IMG/VR virus record: IMGVR_UViG_3300005534_000011
Location: 11,887-75,886 of that record
Origin: a virus
DNA length: 64,000 nt
Direction: 5' to 3' (one strand)
Made by a program: the position numbers and the translations under genes. This document shows positions 1 to 13,201 of this stretch, in pieces. The notes under the pieces are model-generated. The model worked only from the letters and a program-made list of their open reading frames with translations. It did no database searches and was not told where the DNA came from. Each line of letters starts with the position of its first letter. Position 1 is the stretch's first letter.

Positions 1-26
1 TCGAAATCAAACACAGCAAGGAATGA

Positions 27-362
27 ATGATGACCTCGGTTACCCCAATCTTCGATGCATTTGTTGAATTCTGTTCCGGTCGGCCCATGGCTCAACCAAT
101 CGACCATAGCTCCTATACCACCTGTGCGGTAGGCCAGTTCTGGGTCTATAACTACCCTGATGGGTCCAACCATGACAACATCAGTGCATCTAGGTTGATG
201 TGGAGAATGGTAGACGAAATCGGATCGATTTCGTTGGAATTGATGAAAACATTCAACCAGTACATCGGCAATGCTGCGATGACTGGAAATATCCCAACCT
301 TCGGCCATCTGGCGGCATGGTTGCATCGATTTCAACATGATGTAAAAGAGGCTTCGCAATGA
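27..362 (+). CDS. hypothetical protein, member of the H-x(n)-CA(V/I)G(Q/E)F paralog family
   Basis: ORF with AAGGA RBS; PIDHSSYTTCAVGQF and C-terminal PTF match ORFs at 14636-16690. Confidence 0.75.
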   Translation: MMTSVTPIFDAFVEFCSGRPMAQPIDHSSYTTCAVGQFWVYNYPDGSNHDNISASRLMWRMVDEIGSISLELMKTFNQYIGNAAMTGNIPTFGHLAAWLHRFQHDVKEASQ

Positions 363-3300
363 TTATGTGGACAATTGGTTACCTCCTGATGTGGGTAGTT
401 GTTATCTGGGTCGGGTGTGTTGGTGTATTCGCAGCATTGGTCGGTAGTCAATTCCAGAAGGAATTGGGTTGGGTTGGGATTGTAATGATCCTTATCAGTG
501 CCGGATGTGGGTGGAAATTGATGCAATGTATCAACATCACAGTTAACCTGCCGGTTTAAGGAATTGTATGAAAACCGTAAAAATCAAAGATTTTCGTCAA
601 GGTAAAACCTTCTACTCCGTGATGGCATTCCCTCTCGATGATCGGATGAGGGGAAATGCTGAAGTTCAGGTGTATAACATCGAATCGATTGCCCATAAAC
701 ATCCAAGTCGCGGCCCATCTGATACTATTTCTAGTTTTCTGAGGGATACCCTCTGGTTTAACACTAGTGAGTGGCGTAAGGATTATTTCACGAAGGTTCC
801 AACACTTCGGAAAAGTTATCATTCCATTACCGATTCTGGTGTTGGTGTTGGCAAGACCAATTACAACTTCCACCGGGTGTTTAATACCCGGAAACAGGCC
901 CAGCGGTATGCAGATCGGATGAACTCCGGCTGCCTCACTCATGAAGAACGTATTCACGCTGAACATTTGAATGATCGTCGTATGATGGTTAGTTGGTACG
1001 ACTAATGCACGTTCCTTATTCGATGGATGATAGCGAACCAGATTTGGGGTGTGGGTTTGGCGGTATCACTCAAGATGACCACAAAATAGGTTGGCGGGAT
1101 TATGAAACCGTTCATATCCCACCGGAACCAAAGCCTGAATTTGTGTTCATGACTGAAATGGATTTGGTGAAATCGGATGTGTTTATGAAGCATATCCGAA
1201 TGGCGCTGAAGGGCAAAGATCGACAGATCCATGAACTCCGGCTTGAAATTCTTGAATTATCGCAAAGTCTTGGGCGGAAAATTATTGATAAGGGATAATT
1301 GCGACGAATTCATATTATTCGTTGAAGAATGCTCGTTTGATGGTGGTATTGACATATTCGAGCGGATCGCAGATGTAAACTGGAATAAACCAAATTCCGA
1401 CCCTGATATCAGAATCACTCGTATGTCATCTTATGGCCCTCAAACTCCGGGTGGTGAATATCATGGTGAATTTGATATAGGGAATATTACTTTCTGGTTT
1501 CATCTTGAATCCTCAAATATTCGGGGTGATGTAATGCACTCATGGGAAATGCACGAATGAAAACTTGGTTGCGAAATCTGGTGGAACGTCCCCAGAATAT
1601 GATGGAAATCGGAAATGCTGCTATGATCGACCTCAATGAAGTGTCGGCTGTCTACAAAGAAGGGTTTTCACTGGTAATTCGAATCGGTGGTATGGGTGTG
1701 ATCAAGCTCGAATCACGCCAGTTGTACCAATCGGTTGATTACACCTATAAAGCTATTGCAGAAAGGTTGCTGAAATGATCATCAATAAAAATTCGTGGCA
1801 CTACAAATTGGTCTGCCATTTCAGTTCCGGTTGGGCTGTACCTGATAGTTTGTGCCCATATGTCCGGGCACTCATTCTGTACATGCTCCTGTGTGTGGTA
1901 ATGGCCTTTGGTGCAATTGCATTGGTAGTTGTGTTTATTTGGGGTCCGATCCAAACTTGGTTGGGCTGGGCTGGTTTGATGCAACTGAACGAAAACCAAT
2001 ATACTGCCGGGATTGTAGTTCACGGCATTTATGTAATGGGGTTTCTCAGTTGGCTCACCAAGAAGTTTTGGATTGACAAACCAACCAAAACTTCACCGCC
2101 GAAGGAACCATCTATTTTTATGGAATACCTCAAGGCCAAGAAACAAAAGCTGTGCCCGATGTTGACTTTCAAGTAATTACAGGAAATTAGAGAATGAGTA
2201 CAATTTTTACAAACCCAAAAGGTGAAGTTGTTTGGGAACATCACGAAACCTTTACCCCACAAGTCGGGACCATGTATCAACAAGATGGTTGGGTATTCAA
2301 GGTTGATCATGTGGAGCTGCGGGTTATCGAAGATACTTCCGGCCCAATGGTGTTCAAACAACTCAAATCGTTTGTCAAGTTGGTATAATGAACCTTACCG
2401 GGAACACCCGCTATCGAAGTAACTGGTTGGGTAAGTTGATCCTTCAGGTTGAATATACCTATGAAGAATCCGGTTGTTATGATATGGATTGGCGTACTGT
2501 TATTCTCTGGAGAGACGCAAAGGTCGAAGACCTAACCGGTATTAAGGTATTTTTGAGTAATCAAAATGATCAATGAAACTCTGTACACCTGCCATGCATG
2601 CAACGGCCATAGTCGATTTGAATACGATTTGAACCAATCGATTGATTGTGCTGTGTGCAAAGGTGAAGGTTACGTTCCTCTCGAACTGCTGGACGTTAAA
2701 CCAGTCAAAGAATCGATTGACGAAATGTTCCAATGCAAAGGTATTTTAGCGATGGCTGGGGTAACCGAATTCTCCCAAGGTATGAGAGGGTCGATCCCAT
2801 TCAAGATTGGGGATAAGTTCAAAACCCTGCGCGGAATTGAAGTCGAATGCATCCAGCTCAGTGATACCAAAGGCTATGAAACCGCCCGGTTCTCTGATGG
2901 TGGATGGCGATATAATCGGGATAGTGATCGTGGACGGGCAACCGCCAGCCGCTGGGATGACCCATGGAACATTTTACCGAAATACCCGGAACCTACAGAA
3001 CCTGTGTGGGGTCTATGTCCACACAAAAAACAATCTGGTGGATGTAAATTCCACAACCTTCAATGTGGGTATCCAAAATGTGATACCACACCAACCGAGA
3101 AATAAAGAATGATTATCGCCCTCGCAATTTGCACCGACAAACAACTGTTCCAATTCGTTCGTGAACTCCCATCTGATTATCCGACTGATGACGAAACTGC
3201 ATCGGTGATTGCTGGATACGCCCTTGACAATCTCTCGAAGTCGTGCGACCAAACCGAAGTGTTTACCAACGCAATGGTTACCACTCTTCAGGTAGAAGAT

Positions 3301-3399
3301 CAAGGATTTGCAAATCTGATTCGGAATTGGATTTACAAACACCTCGAAGTCGAACCGACCAAGGTGTCCGCAGTTCATACAGCTCAACAAGCTGAGTGA
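359..3399 (+). other. run of small translationally coupled hypothetical phage ORFs (359, 568, ~1005, 1775, 2194, 2388, 2566, 3109 and others)
   Basis: Overlapping ATGA/TAATG junctions on the + strand; 2566-3105 has DnaJ-like CxxCxG zinc-ribbon motifs; functions not recognisable. Confidence 0.65.
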
Positions 3400-3406
3400 T
3401 TTGATA

Positions 3407-3438
3407 AAAAAGCCTCGGGAAACCGGGGCTTTTTATTT
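3407..3438 (+). terminator. intrinsic terminator
   Basis: AAAAGCCTCGGGAAACCGGGGCTTTTTATTT; an identical copy lies at ~17260-17290. Confidence 0.85.
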
Positions 3439-5808
3439 TGTAAAAGTGTTTGTATTCCGAATCAATCGTGGTAGAATTCCCACATCGAATAGGAGATTCC
3501 AATATGGCAGTTAATCAAATGCATCCTTGTATGTGGTGTCAATACCCACTGCATCAGATGCAAACAGATTGTCCAGAGTGTGATGCTCCAGAAAGCCCTG
3601 AACAAAAAGCTTTGGTTGACAAGGTGATTCGATCTGAAGCCGCTCTGCGCACCGTTCGCAATTTGAAGCTGAAACAAATGAGCATGGATAAAACCCGTGC
3701 GGAAAAGCTTCAAGGTACTTATCCATCGGATGGTGAATATCAACCCGAATTCGAGCTATGTGATGCTTGGGGTAATATCATCGTATGGGAAGTTAGTAGG
3801 CAGCGTTGGGCGATTGTTTCTCTGACTCACTGGGATCTGTACAAGGTCTGTTATCCACATTGGGCATATCTGCCCCAAACCCCGGAAATAAAATTATGAA
3901 CATCGACGGTTATGTAGTAATCAGCGGCGACGAATTGTCTACGAATGCTGCCAAAATGTTGGATCACTACCAGCATCGAAACGAACTCCGGGTGAAACTG
4001 GATCTTGACAATGAATTGGCGTTCAAAGCCTCTCAGGATTCTCTGGCGATTGATTTGGATGATTACCGGGCATATGGCCGTGCATGGACTGATTACCTGA
4101 TGGCAGTTGATCGTGCGACCATTTATGAGCCTATCAAGCTCTTTGGGTTCATCCCAGTTGGTCGCCGAGAAAAATTCAGTGCGGTTAAGTGTTACCAATC
4201 ACTGAAAAATACCAATGACAACTTCTGGCGACATATCAGCATTTTCAATCTTGAATATCTGACTGAGAATGAAGTTGCCAATTTCCGAGATTACTACCTC
4301 GGTAAACATCCTGCATATACCAACAAGTTTAATCTTGAATTCCTTCAAGGTTTGATCGGACTGCCTAAAAAGGAAGTTGTGTATCTGAGTATCACCGATT
4401 ACCAAACCTACAAGAAATGGTGGACTGGTTATCGTTCTGCCGGTGAAATTCAACCATGCGACCTGCTTGTTGAATCTAATGGTGACATTGTATGATTACA
4501 GCACAGGAAATTAAAAAAGAATTACAGGTGATCAACCAATGTCAAGGGTTGGATGTCTGGATTACCGGCACCATCAAGCCATTGTTCATCCGAAGTATGG
4601 GTACTCCTATTACGGTTGATACCAAATTGGTAAGTTGGCCGCCAAACCCATTCGAAGCTGCCATGCGTCTACGTGGGTTTAATGTGGCATGGGAATGTGC
4701 GGATCGACCTTGTTCCAGTCCATATTGGACTATTTCGTTAGATTAACAGCGTTTTCATCAAATAGAGATTAGAATGAATCAAGAACACCCAAAATATCCG
4801 GGCTTTTACTTTGTACCTCTGGAAACAGATCCAGATTTGATCGAATTAACCTTGGCAGAACGTCAAGTAATGTTGTCCGAAGAAGGCAACTATGCGGTCA
4901 TGCTGGCGGATATGTCCAATCCAAGTTATCAGACTGACGTACACTGTGCGTGTGATAACGCTCGAATCCCAACCCATCGTCACAAAGAAAATCTGGTTCA
5001 CAAAACCGATGGTTTCAAAGATTACCTGCAACATCGGGTTGCTGCGGTATTGATGCATTGAGTATATGTGACCATAAATCAGATGACTGCACATGCCCGT
5101 TTGCATTCACAATGGCATCTGAACAGGCTCAGAATTACGGATGTCTCCCAGAGCCGTGGGATATCCGTAATATGCGGTTTCATCATGGTAAGACATGGGC
5201 ATGTCATTCAGACCCAACCAAACCTTGTATCGGTGGATTGGAGTTCCTGAAAGAACGTAATGAACCTTACAAGATCATTGATACCGTTCTTCTGACATTA
5301 GACGATGATTGGTCAAAATTTGTACAACCGGTGCCTAATGAACATTAAAAATTTGCTGTCTTTGTTGGGTGAAGCCCCGGATGGTCAATTGGATCATTCG
5401 ATGGCGAGCAAGTTCGCTGAAATGGCGAAGCGTGATACCAATCCAACCGCCAAAGAAGTTTGTGACATCTTGGATCAATCTGCATATGCCTCCTTGGCGA
5501 GTGGGTTTACCATGATTGTTATGGACACTCTATGGAAACAGTTGTTGAAATTAGAGGCTGCGTAATGGGCTACGTCGAATGTACCCGATGTCCTTGGTGG
5601 GCTCATTGGAAATTCATGGGGCCGAACTACACATGCCCTAAATGTGGATCTGCTACAAGGAGTTTGGATTGATCCCATCATTCATGCTGCCTATGCCGCC
5701 TAGAAAATCCAAAGAACAATTACTTCAAATCGAAAAGGATTTGATGGCGGCTAAGATCATGGAGTCCTTGAAGAAATACCAACCAAAAAAGACCAAGAAG
5801 AAATCAAA

Positions 5809-6162
5809 ATGATCTATAAAATGTACCTAGACGATGTTAGAGATCCATATAACGACTATGTGTTGGTCCGATCTATGGATGCTGCCATCAAATACATCAA
5901 ATCAAATGGGTTCCCGCAAGTGATTTCGTTTGACCATGATTTGGGTATGGTTGGATCTAAAACCGGAAATCTCTGGGTCGGTGCGGAAGTCGAAGCTCCA
6001 ACAGGATATGACTTCGCCAAATGGTTGATCGAACAGGATATGAATGATCCGTGGATGCTGAAAAACAAATTCAGGTTCTATGTCCATTCCGCGAATCCGG
6101 TTGGTGCGGCCAATATCAAAGGGTTATTGGTGAATTACATCAATTACATCAACCGCCCATAA
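5809..6162 (+). CDS. cyclic-phosphate processing receiver-domain protein
   Basis: YLDDVR, ISFDHDLG, TGYDFAKWL and VHSANPVG motifs are typical of this phage family. Confidence 0.75.
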   Translation: MIYKMYLDDVRDPYNDYVLVRSMDAAIKYIKSNGFPQVISFDHDLGMVGSKTGNLWVGAEVEAPTGYDFAKWLIEQDMNDPWMLKNKFRFYVHSANPVGAANIKGLLVNYINYINRP

Positions 6163-7914
6163 GAGCTGTAACGAAATCGTTACAGCAAAAAGTCTTGCAC
6201 CCATCAGCGAATCGTGACAGAATTGGTCACATCAAAAGGAATCGTAATGAATATCAAATTTCGTGAAAATCTGAATCGTTATCAAGTAGACGTGATCGTC
6301 AACGGTCAGGTTGTGTATTCCAATAACGAATATCGTGGGGCCGCTGAATGGGCCAAGCTTCGATATAATCTGAGTGACCGTGATCTGGAAATGATTTATC
6401 GCGATTACAAAGAAGACCTCGAATCCGACGATGATGAGGATTGATTGTGGTGTACATGTCTTGTCATCAATTACGGGCTGAAGTCAAAAAACTTCAGATC
6501 CAGCTTCAAACGATGACTGAGTTACACCAATCAGCAGTTGAACATATTGAACACCTTGACAAGAGGATTGCATCAATGACTTCAACTGCAACGGTAATCA
6601 TCGAATTGAATGATGAACCGAACTACAATATCACAGGTGGGTTTATCGATGATTACGTTAGCAACTCTTAAAGATGCAACCGAGCAGCAAGTCTTTGATC
6701 AGGTTGCAATCCATATGATCAAACAAGGTAAGAAATCTCTCACCGGTGTTGGGAATTGCGCGTACCGTGGGGTTGATGGGTTGAAGTGTGCGGCTGGATG
6801 TTTAATTGCGGATGATGAGTACAACCCCGCATTTGATATCGAAAATAATTCATGGTATAAACTGGTCGATAATGGTTATGTACCAGATTACCATAGTAAA
6901 TTGATTATTCAGCTACAAAGACTTCATGATAATTCCCCTGAGCGTCATTGGGAAAGTGAGTTGAGGGGTATGGCATTTGGTAGGGGTCTATCTGATGAGG
7001 TGTTGAATGATCCGGTATAACATTTCAGCGTATGTCAATCACACTTATAGTTGGGGTGAACCATCCCAACAAGCCGTTATAGCAATTGACGAATCCGTTA
7101 AAGGTGATTGGGTAAAGTTTGGAGATGTTGAAAAATATATCCGGGCGGAACATTATCATCTAACTGAAATCTCGGAATTACGGGCTCAATTAGATCGTGC
7201 TAATGCAATGATTGCCCTATTCATGGAAAATGTTAAATGACATACATTCTTGTTGGCATTATCGTGATATTGGTATCGGTAATCTTTGTTGCTGGTTTTA
7301 TGGTATGCAGATTCATTAGCAAGTTCAAGGCATTCAAATGAAAATTACGATTACTGATTTGGATCATCCAACTAATGCCGAAAAGGAAAGCAGGATTTCT
7401 GTCGGCGCTGGTAGTATTCAAAATGGCATGGTCGAACATGCTCTATTTTTCAAGAGCAACGGCCAAAGTCTAACCACGATTACCGACCGAGAATCGCTGG
7501 TAAAGCTTCGGGATGGATTGGATCAATATTTGAGGGACCATCCAGAACCTAAACAACTCGGTGCAAGAACTGATGGTCTTTACACATGGTTCTAATGGTC
7601 GGTGCATGCATCAATTGTTATAAATTTCGAAGGTGAGTTTAAATGAAATATATTTTGATTATAGCAGCACTTTTGATGCTAGGTGGTTGCGAAGGCAAAT
7701 CCAATGCGGAAATCGCGATTCACTACTCGGAACATGGTCAGAAAATCATGGATCGGGCAGGTGAAGTTTGTAAGAATTGGGTTGTATATTACTTCGTTGC
7801 CTATGACCGTGGTGGAATGTTGGCACCCGCGTTTAATCAGGATTCCACTGTTAAAACCTGTAAATGATTGAATCAATCCATACCCTTGTTGAATAAAATT
7901 TTAGAGAATATAGA

Positions 7915-8421
7915 ATGAAAACCACTGTACAAGCTTTGCTGAACGTTCTGGTTGGCCGTGACCCAAATGAAGTTGTCATGATTGAAAATAACGAACTTCG
8001 AATTGTTGCTACCATCAATTTGCTTGGTGCTCAAGAACCGACCCCACAAATCATCTGTAATGCGGATACCAAAACCGACCCGGTATTGCGAGCCGCAGTG
8101 AACCCAGAGCCGCCAGTAGGCGATGTTAAAGTTGAAACCCGTGGTCGTCCGCGTAAAGCCGAAGATGATCCAAAATCGCCGTATGTAAAACGAACCACCC
8201 AGAACGTTGCCAATGGCAATCGTGCATGGCAGGTTGAAGATATCACCCTTATGGCTGGATTGCGTGCTAAAGGTGTGAGCTTCCATGACATCGGTAAAGT
8301 CTTTGGTCGCACTGCCAGAGCGATTGAATGCCAACTACATTACCTGCGTCACCCAGAAGCTCGCCCTACCCCAAAGCCACGGGTAGTTCCGGCTGATAGT
8401 AATTCTGTTCAATTGATGTAA
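7915..8421 (+). CDS. putative DNA-binding protein (AT-hook plus Myb/GcrA-like HTH)
   Basis: RGRPRK AT-hook; WQVEDITLMAGLRAKGVSFHDIGKVFGRTARAIECQL HTH pattern. Confidence 0.6.
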   Translation: MKTTVQALLNVLVGRDPNEVVMIENNELRIVATINLLGAQEPTPQIICNADTKTDPVLRAAVNPEPPVGDVKVETRGRPRKAEDDPKSPYVKRTTQNVANGNRAWQVEDITLMAGLRAKGVSFHDIGKVFGRTARAIECQLHYLRHPEARPTPKPRVVPADSNSVQLM

Positions 8422-9598
8422 TAGGTAATAAAAATGTACTATTACCAAAAAGCTATGGACCTTCTTCAAGAAATTTATGATAATTTCTCGGAAGAGGATA
8501 AAGTCTGGTTTCAATCCGAGAAGCCAATTGCAATGCATTCGACCCTTGGGATGCATTTAAGAAACCACTGTAATATGTGGGACTATGTATGGGTTCCTGA
8601 ATTGATTGATGGTGTAGATCATTCTCCTAATCATCCAGATGCCATCAGTCAAAAGGCTATCAAAGACTTTCAAGCAAAGGTGTTGGGATGAGTGATATTG
8701 AAGCCGGTGATATTGTCACCGGCTATCACACAGGCTATTGGAAAGTAATCAAGTCGTTTCAGAATCAAATTGAATATCAGCGAATTGACGTTGTATCCAA
8801 GAAACCTGTCATTAAATCCTGTCATGTTAACTATTGTACAAAAATCGATCCAGACGCATTACGCATTGAAATGATTGCCGAAGCTGATCGGATCTATGAC
8901 CTAATCAAGAGGGCAACAAATTGATGGAAAGGACAAAAGAAGCCCTTGCGGCTAAAATCCGTGCATGGGAATTTAATGCCGGGGAAAGTTTCATTGACTA
9001 TTACATGCACGATAATGTCAAGAATGTTTCTTGGGCATTCTGGTTGCTTGGTAAAGGGTTTACCGAACGAGCCAATTTCTTGATCGATCTGATCCAAGCC
9101 GGTAACAAGTGCATCGATCAAGAACTGTTGTACGAGCTTTATAACAACCCTGAAGATCCTGCTAACTGGTCCACAGCTTTGTATCTGAAAGATGTTCTGC
9201 TATGGGCGGAATTCCTTGTAGCATCTGATCGGTACTGGAAAGCCATTTGTGAATGGTTTGCAGAAAATGATGCATAAAGAACCAGTGGCGTATATATCCG
9301 AAGTGTCTTTATCGTTTTTGAATCAACGTAAAGACATCGGTAATATATCATGGCGTCTAAACTTGGCTACTAGCCCATCGGGTGATGAAACTGTTGGATT
9401 ATACACCAACCCAAATTTGATATTACCAGACCTACTCGATAAAATAGATGAGGTTTTGCGTCATGCCTCTGGGGTTGAACAATGCATCGGCCATATCAAA
9501 TCTGGTGCCAATGTAACCCCAAGTGAATTGTGGTCTGCATGTGATTCATTGGATCAAGTTTTTGCCGCCATCAGAAAGGCGAAGGAACTCTTAAAATC

Positions 9599-9802
9599 AT
9601 GAGCCTAGAAGAAATCGAGAAGCTGTACCCGGTTCTCCCTAAATGTCCATTCTGCAATTCCCCAGCGTCTCCTAATTCCCATTGGGGTAGATGTTGGGTG
9701 GAATGTCATGAATGCGGTGCAAGGGGTCCAAAGTTCTCAATGAAGTTCGATTCAAAACTTGCATATGAGCATGTTATTAAAGCATGGATGGTAAGATTAT
9801 GA
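9599..9802 (+). CDS. Lar-family (restriction alleviation-like) zinc-finger protein
   Basis: LPKCPFCNS...WVECHECGARGP...AW pattern. Confidence 0.55.
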   Translation: MSLEEIEKLYPVLPKCPFCNSPASPNSHWGRCWVECHECGARGPKFSMKFDSKLAYEHVIKAWMVRL

Positions 9803-9989
9803 TCAAAATCGATTATCAACTCTTGAAAGAAACCGCATTAGCCACATCAGGTGATATGCCAATCGATCCTCAAATTCTCTTGCAGATATTGTGTGAACTC
9901 CAAGAGAATTTGAGGATTCGTGATATAATGCGGGATCAGCTAATAGAAAAGACTTCCAAGATAACCAAAATTCAAAGGATATTGGGGAA

Positions 9990-10457
9990 ATGATAGAAAT
10001 CGAACGCAAGTTTTTGGTAGATGCATCAAAGCTGCCGGGATGTTTGATTCCTATCAGAATCGCCCAAGGTTATTTGAATCAAGATCCTGATAGAACGGTT
10101 CGAATTCGCATGGCCGGGGATAAAGGATTTCTTACCATCAAAGGTAGATCCAGCGACAATGGCTTATCCCGGTATGAATGGGAAAAGGAAATTGATTCAA
10201 ATGATGCCAGAGATTTGTTGGGGATGTGTTCCAATGTCCTTGACAAGTCCCGCTACCATATGATTCATCAAGGCAAGCTCTGGGAAATTGATGTATTCCA
10301 CGGAATGAATGAAGGATTGGTTGTCGCTGAAATAGAATTGACATCCGAAACAGAATCCTTTAATCTACCTGAATGGATTACCCAAGAGGTAACCGGGGAT
10401 TCGGATTACTACAATTCGAACCTTTCAATCAATCCCTATAAGCTTTGGATCAAATAA
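9990..10457 (+). CDS. CYTH-domain (triphosphate tunnel) protein
   Basis: N-terminal EIERKFLV, QGYL, VRIR, LTIKG, WEIDVF, AEIEL, YYNSNL. Confidence 0.9.
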   Translation: MIEIERKFLVDASKLPGCLIPIRIAQGYLNQDPDRTVRIRMAGDKGFLTIKGRSSDNGLSRYEWEKEIDSNDARDLLGMCSNVLDKSRYHMIHQGKLWEIDVFHGMNEGLVVAEIELTSETESFNLPEWITQEVTGDSDYYNSNLSINPYKLWIK

Positions 10458-11464
10458 TGAAACTTTATGTACTTGACACCGGTTGTGAAACAATCCAAGT
10501 GATTGCCAATTCCAAGGATCATGCGGTAGAGCTGACTAAAGAACAAACTGGAAATGATTACGGTCATATGCATTGGGATGAATATGAACCCGGTGTAGTG
10601 GTTGGTGGTTGGTAATGGCAATCAGAAAATATCCAAGTGGTGCAACCCATTGTGTCTATCCGGGGCATCATTATGATGAAATCTATTTCCGAGTAGCCAA
10701 CTCCGGGGAGTATCTTGAATACTTTAACATGAATCGGCATGAATGGGTTAGAAATGTCCTACATCCGATGTCATGGTTGAATACCATCCATAAACTCGAA
10801 GACCCTGATGCGGTGAACGAATGAAAACCACTGTACAAGATTTGATGAACGTTCTGCGGGCGATGTTTGATGAAATGGTTTCCGAGGGTATGTCTAAGGA
10901 AGATTTCCAAGAAGCTATCAGCCAACTTGAATTGAATTGATCAATAATGGTAGCTCTAAGTTCATGATCAAATTGATTCGAGCACATTTGGAGAAATTAT
11001 GATCCATATACTAACAGCAGCCGAGCGGATAGAATTCCTAAATGATATGATTAAGGATGACATGCGAAAAGAAGCGTCCAAGGATTGGATGATACAGGAA
11101 TTCACCAACTATCGGTTCTATAATCCTGAATGCTATGGGCATGATACCGACGAAAAGATCCATGATTATATGAATCGATTTCATAAGAAAGTTCCTAAAC
11201 AAGTAGCCACCGAGTTATGGGAACAATACAAGGTGTCTGAGTAATGGTCACAAAAGATTTGTTTGATAAGATCCTAGCAAGGATGGGCACCCCGGAAGAA
11301 CGATTAGCCAATGCCAGAGCACGAACCAAAAAGATCAATGATGAAATCATCCGAAGAAATCGTTGCCCGGAATGTGGTGTGGATACCATCAATTATTCCC
11401 ATACCTTCAGATGCTCATGGAGAGGAATGTAATGAAATTGGAGAGTAGAATAGACTAATGAATA

Positions 11465-12109
11465 TTGTATAAGAATCTAGTTGCTGGAATAGGCATCTAT
11501 GAGAAAGGTTTGTATCCAAGAGAGTTGGCCGGTAAGCGGGTATATTCAACTTGGAGTGGGTTGTTAAATCGATGTTATGGGATTAAGACTGGGATTAAGA
11601 ATCAATCCTATAAAGGTTGTTCAGTCCACCCAGATTTCATCAAATTCCAAGACTTCGCAGCGTGGGCGTGTAAGCAGGTAGGATTCGATAAAGAAGGTTG
11701 GCATCTGGATAAAGACATTCTAGTACCGGGTAACAAGGTCTACGGGCCGGATACGTGTTGCTATGTACCAACCCAAATCAATTCCCTAATCATCAAACCC
11801 ACACTACCCGACGATTTACCAGTTGGGATTACATACTACAAACCAACTAATAGATATGTGGCGTCCATTGGTATATCTGGGACTCGAAAGTATCTTGGGT
11901 GTAGCAATTCCATAGATGAGCTTATGCCATTGTATCAAGCTGCAAAGTCTGAATACATTATTCAGGTGGCGAATCAATGGAAAGATCAGATTGGTTGGCG
12001 GGTATATGTGGCGTTGATTGAACTGGCTGATAACATTCTCGGGAAATATGTAGGAAGAAAGATCGTGGATTCTGAATTTTTACAGCAGCGATTTTTGATA
12101 AGACGGTAG
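11465..12109 (+). CDS. HNH homing endonuclease with AP2-like C-terminus
   Basis: W..LLNRCY, YKGCSVHPDF, WHLDKDIL, YGPDTCCYVP; paralog at 45919. Confidence 0.8.
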   Translation: MYKNLVAGIGIYEKGLYPRELAGKRVYSTWSGLLNRCYGIKTGIKNQSYKGCSVHPDFIKFQDFAAWACKQVGFDKEGWHLDKDILVPGNKVYGPDTCCYVPTQINSLIIKPTLPDDLPVGITYYKPTNRYVASIGISGTRKYLGCSNSIDELMPLYQAAKSEYIIQVANQWKDQIGWRVYVALIELADNILGKYVGRKIVDSEFLQQRFLIRR

Positions 12110-12211
12110 GGAAACTTTTTAGAGCAAAATTTGCTGTGAAAAATTTTTTGGAATCGACCATATGGAAAACTTTTTAGAAAAATCTGTATGGTGAAAATTT
12201 TTTTGGAATCG
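12109..12211 (+). repeat. imperfect tandem direct repeat (~50 bp x2)
   Basis: GGAAA(A)CTTTTTAGA...GTGAAAA(A)TTTTTT(T)GGAATCG occurs twice. Confidence 0.7.
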
Positions 12212-12632
12212 GGGGAGTGGTCTTATAATTCTCTCGATCCCACTAAACTGCCAAGGAAACCCCCAAAAAGGGACCCTGATTCACCCTCCCCCCGGCCCTC
12301 CCGGACACTACCCCCACCATCCATAATAGAACAGAATCACTAGTCACCCCAGTGTATCACAATCAATTCCGAAACACCATATAGTTTCGAACCATCCGCA
12401 ATCGATTCCCAATCCTTTGCATCATATCCAACCCACTCTATAAGCTCCTACAAGGGCCATAGCAGCCGCGATAGCATCAAACCCTACCCAATGCATCAAA
12501 TAGTATTCAATCAATCTCCTATCAATCCTATATCGATTCCTATGTATTGAAACAAATTGATTGCATCAAATGCTTGACAACCTATCACAGTGGTATAGAA
12601 TGATGATCATCCAAACCAATAGGAGATACCAA

Positions 12633-13013
12633 ATGAGTTACAAGGATCTAGAAGCCGAGATAAAGGCGTGGGCGAATCTGGAGGCTTATGCTCATCAGCA
12701 GAAGCTAGAAGCCGAGGAAGCTAAGCGACAAGCGAAACGGGACAAGCGGGATAAGAAGTTGGGGAAACCGGGGAAAGGTCTGTTGGTAGCCAAGCTTCCC
12801 GCTCCGAAGTTAGACCGACCGACCAAGATGTATAAACGCATTACGATTGAATGCAGGCCGATACAGCACAGGAAGTGGGGCGAACCGGTCGAGGTTACAT
12901 ATGAGGTTCAAGCCTTGACAGATGCGGTTGCCGAGGTGGCAGCGATCAAGCAAGCAAGGGTTGACGGTTATAGCTTTGATCGGGTTGTACATATAACCAC
13001 GTTTGAAAAGTGA
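12633..13013 (+). CDS. hypothetical early protein
   Basis: AGGAG RBS before ATG 12633, downstream of a TTGACA/TAGAAT promoter. Confidence 0.75.
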   Translation: MSYKDLEAEIKAWANLEAYAHQQKLEAEEAKRQAKRDKRDKKLGKPGKGLLVAKLPAPKLDRPTKMYKRITIECRPIQHRKWGEPVEVTYEVQALTDAVAEVAAIKQARVDGYSFDRVVHITTFEK

Positions 13014-13201
13014 AAGGATGTAGGTGTTTGAAAAGCCTTGAGAAATCAGGGCTTTTTGGTATAGGGTAGAATCGCTGGAAAAATAAATTGATTCTACCCC
13101 TTGACATCACAATAGAATCAGATAATCTTACCACAACAAAGCAACATTCATTCAACCACCCAAACGGGTTAAGGCTTTACTAATCGATCAAGGGGAATAC
13201 C

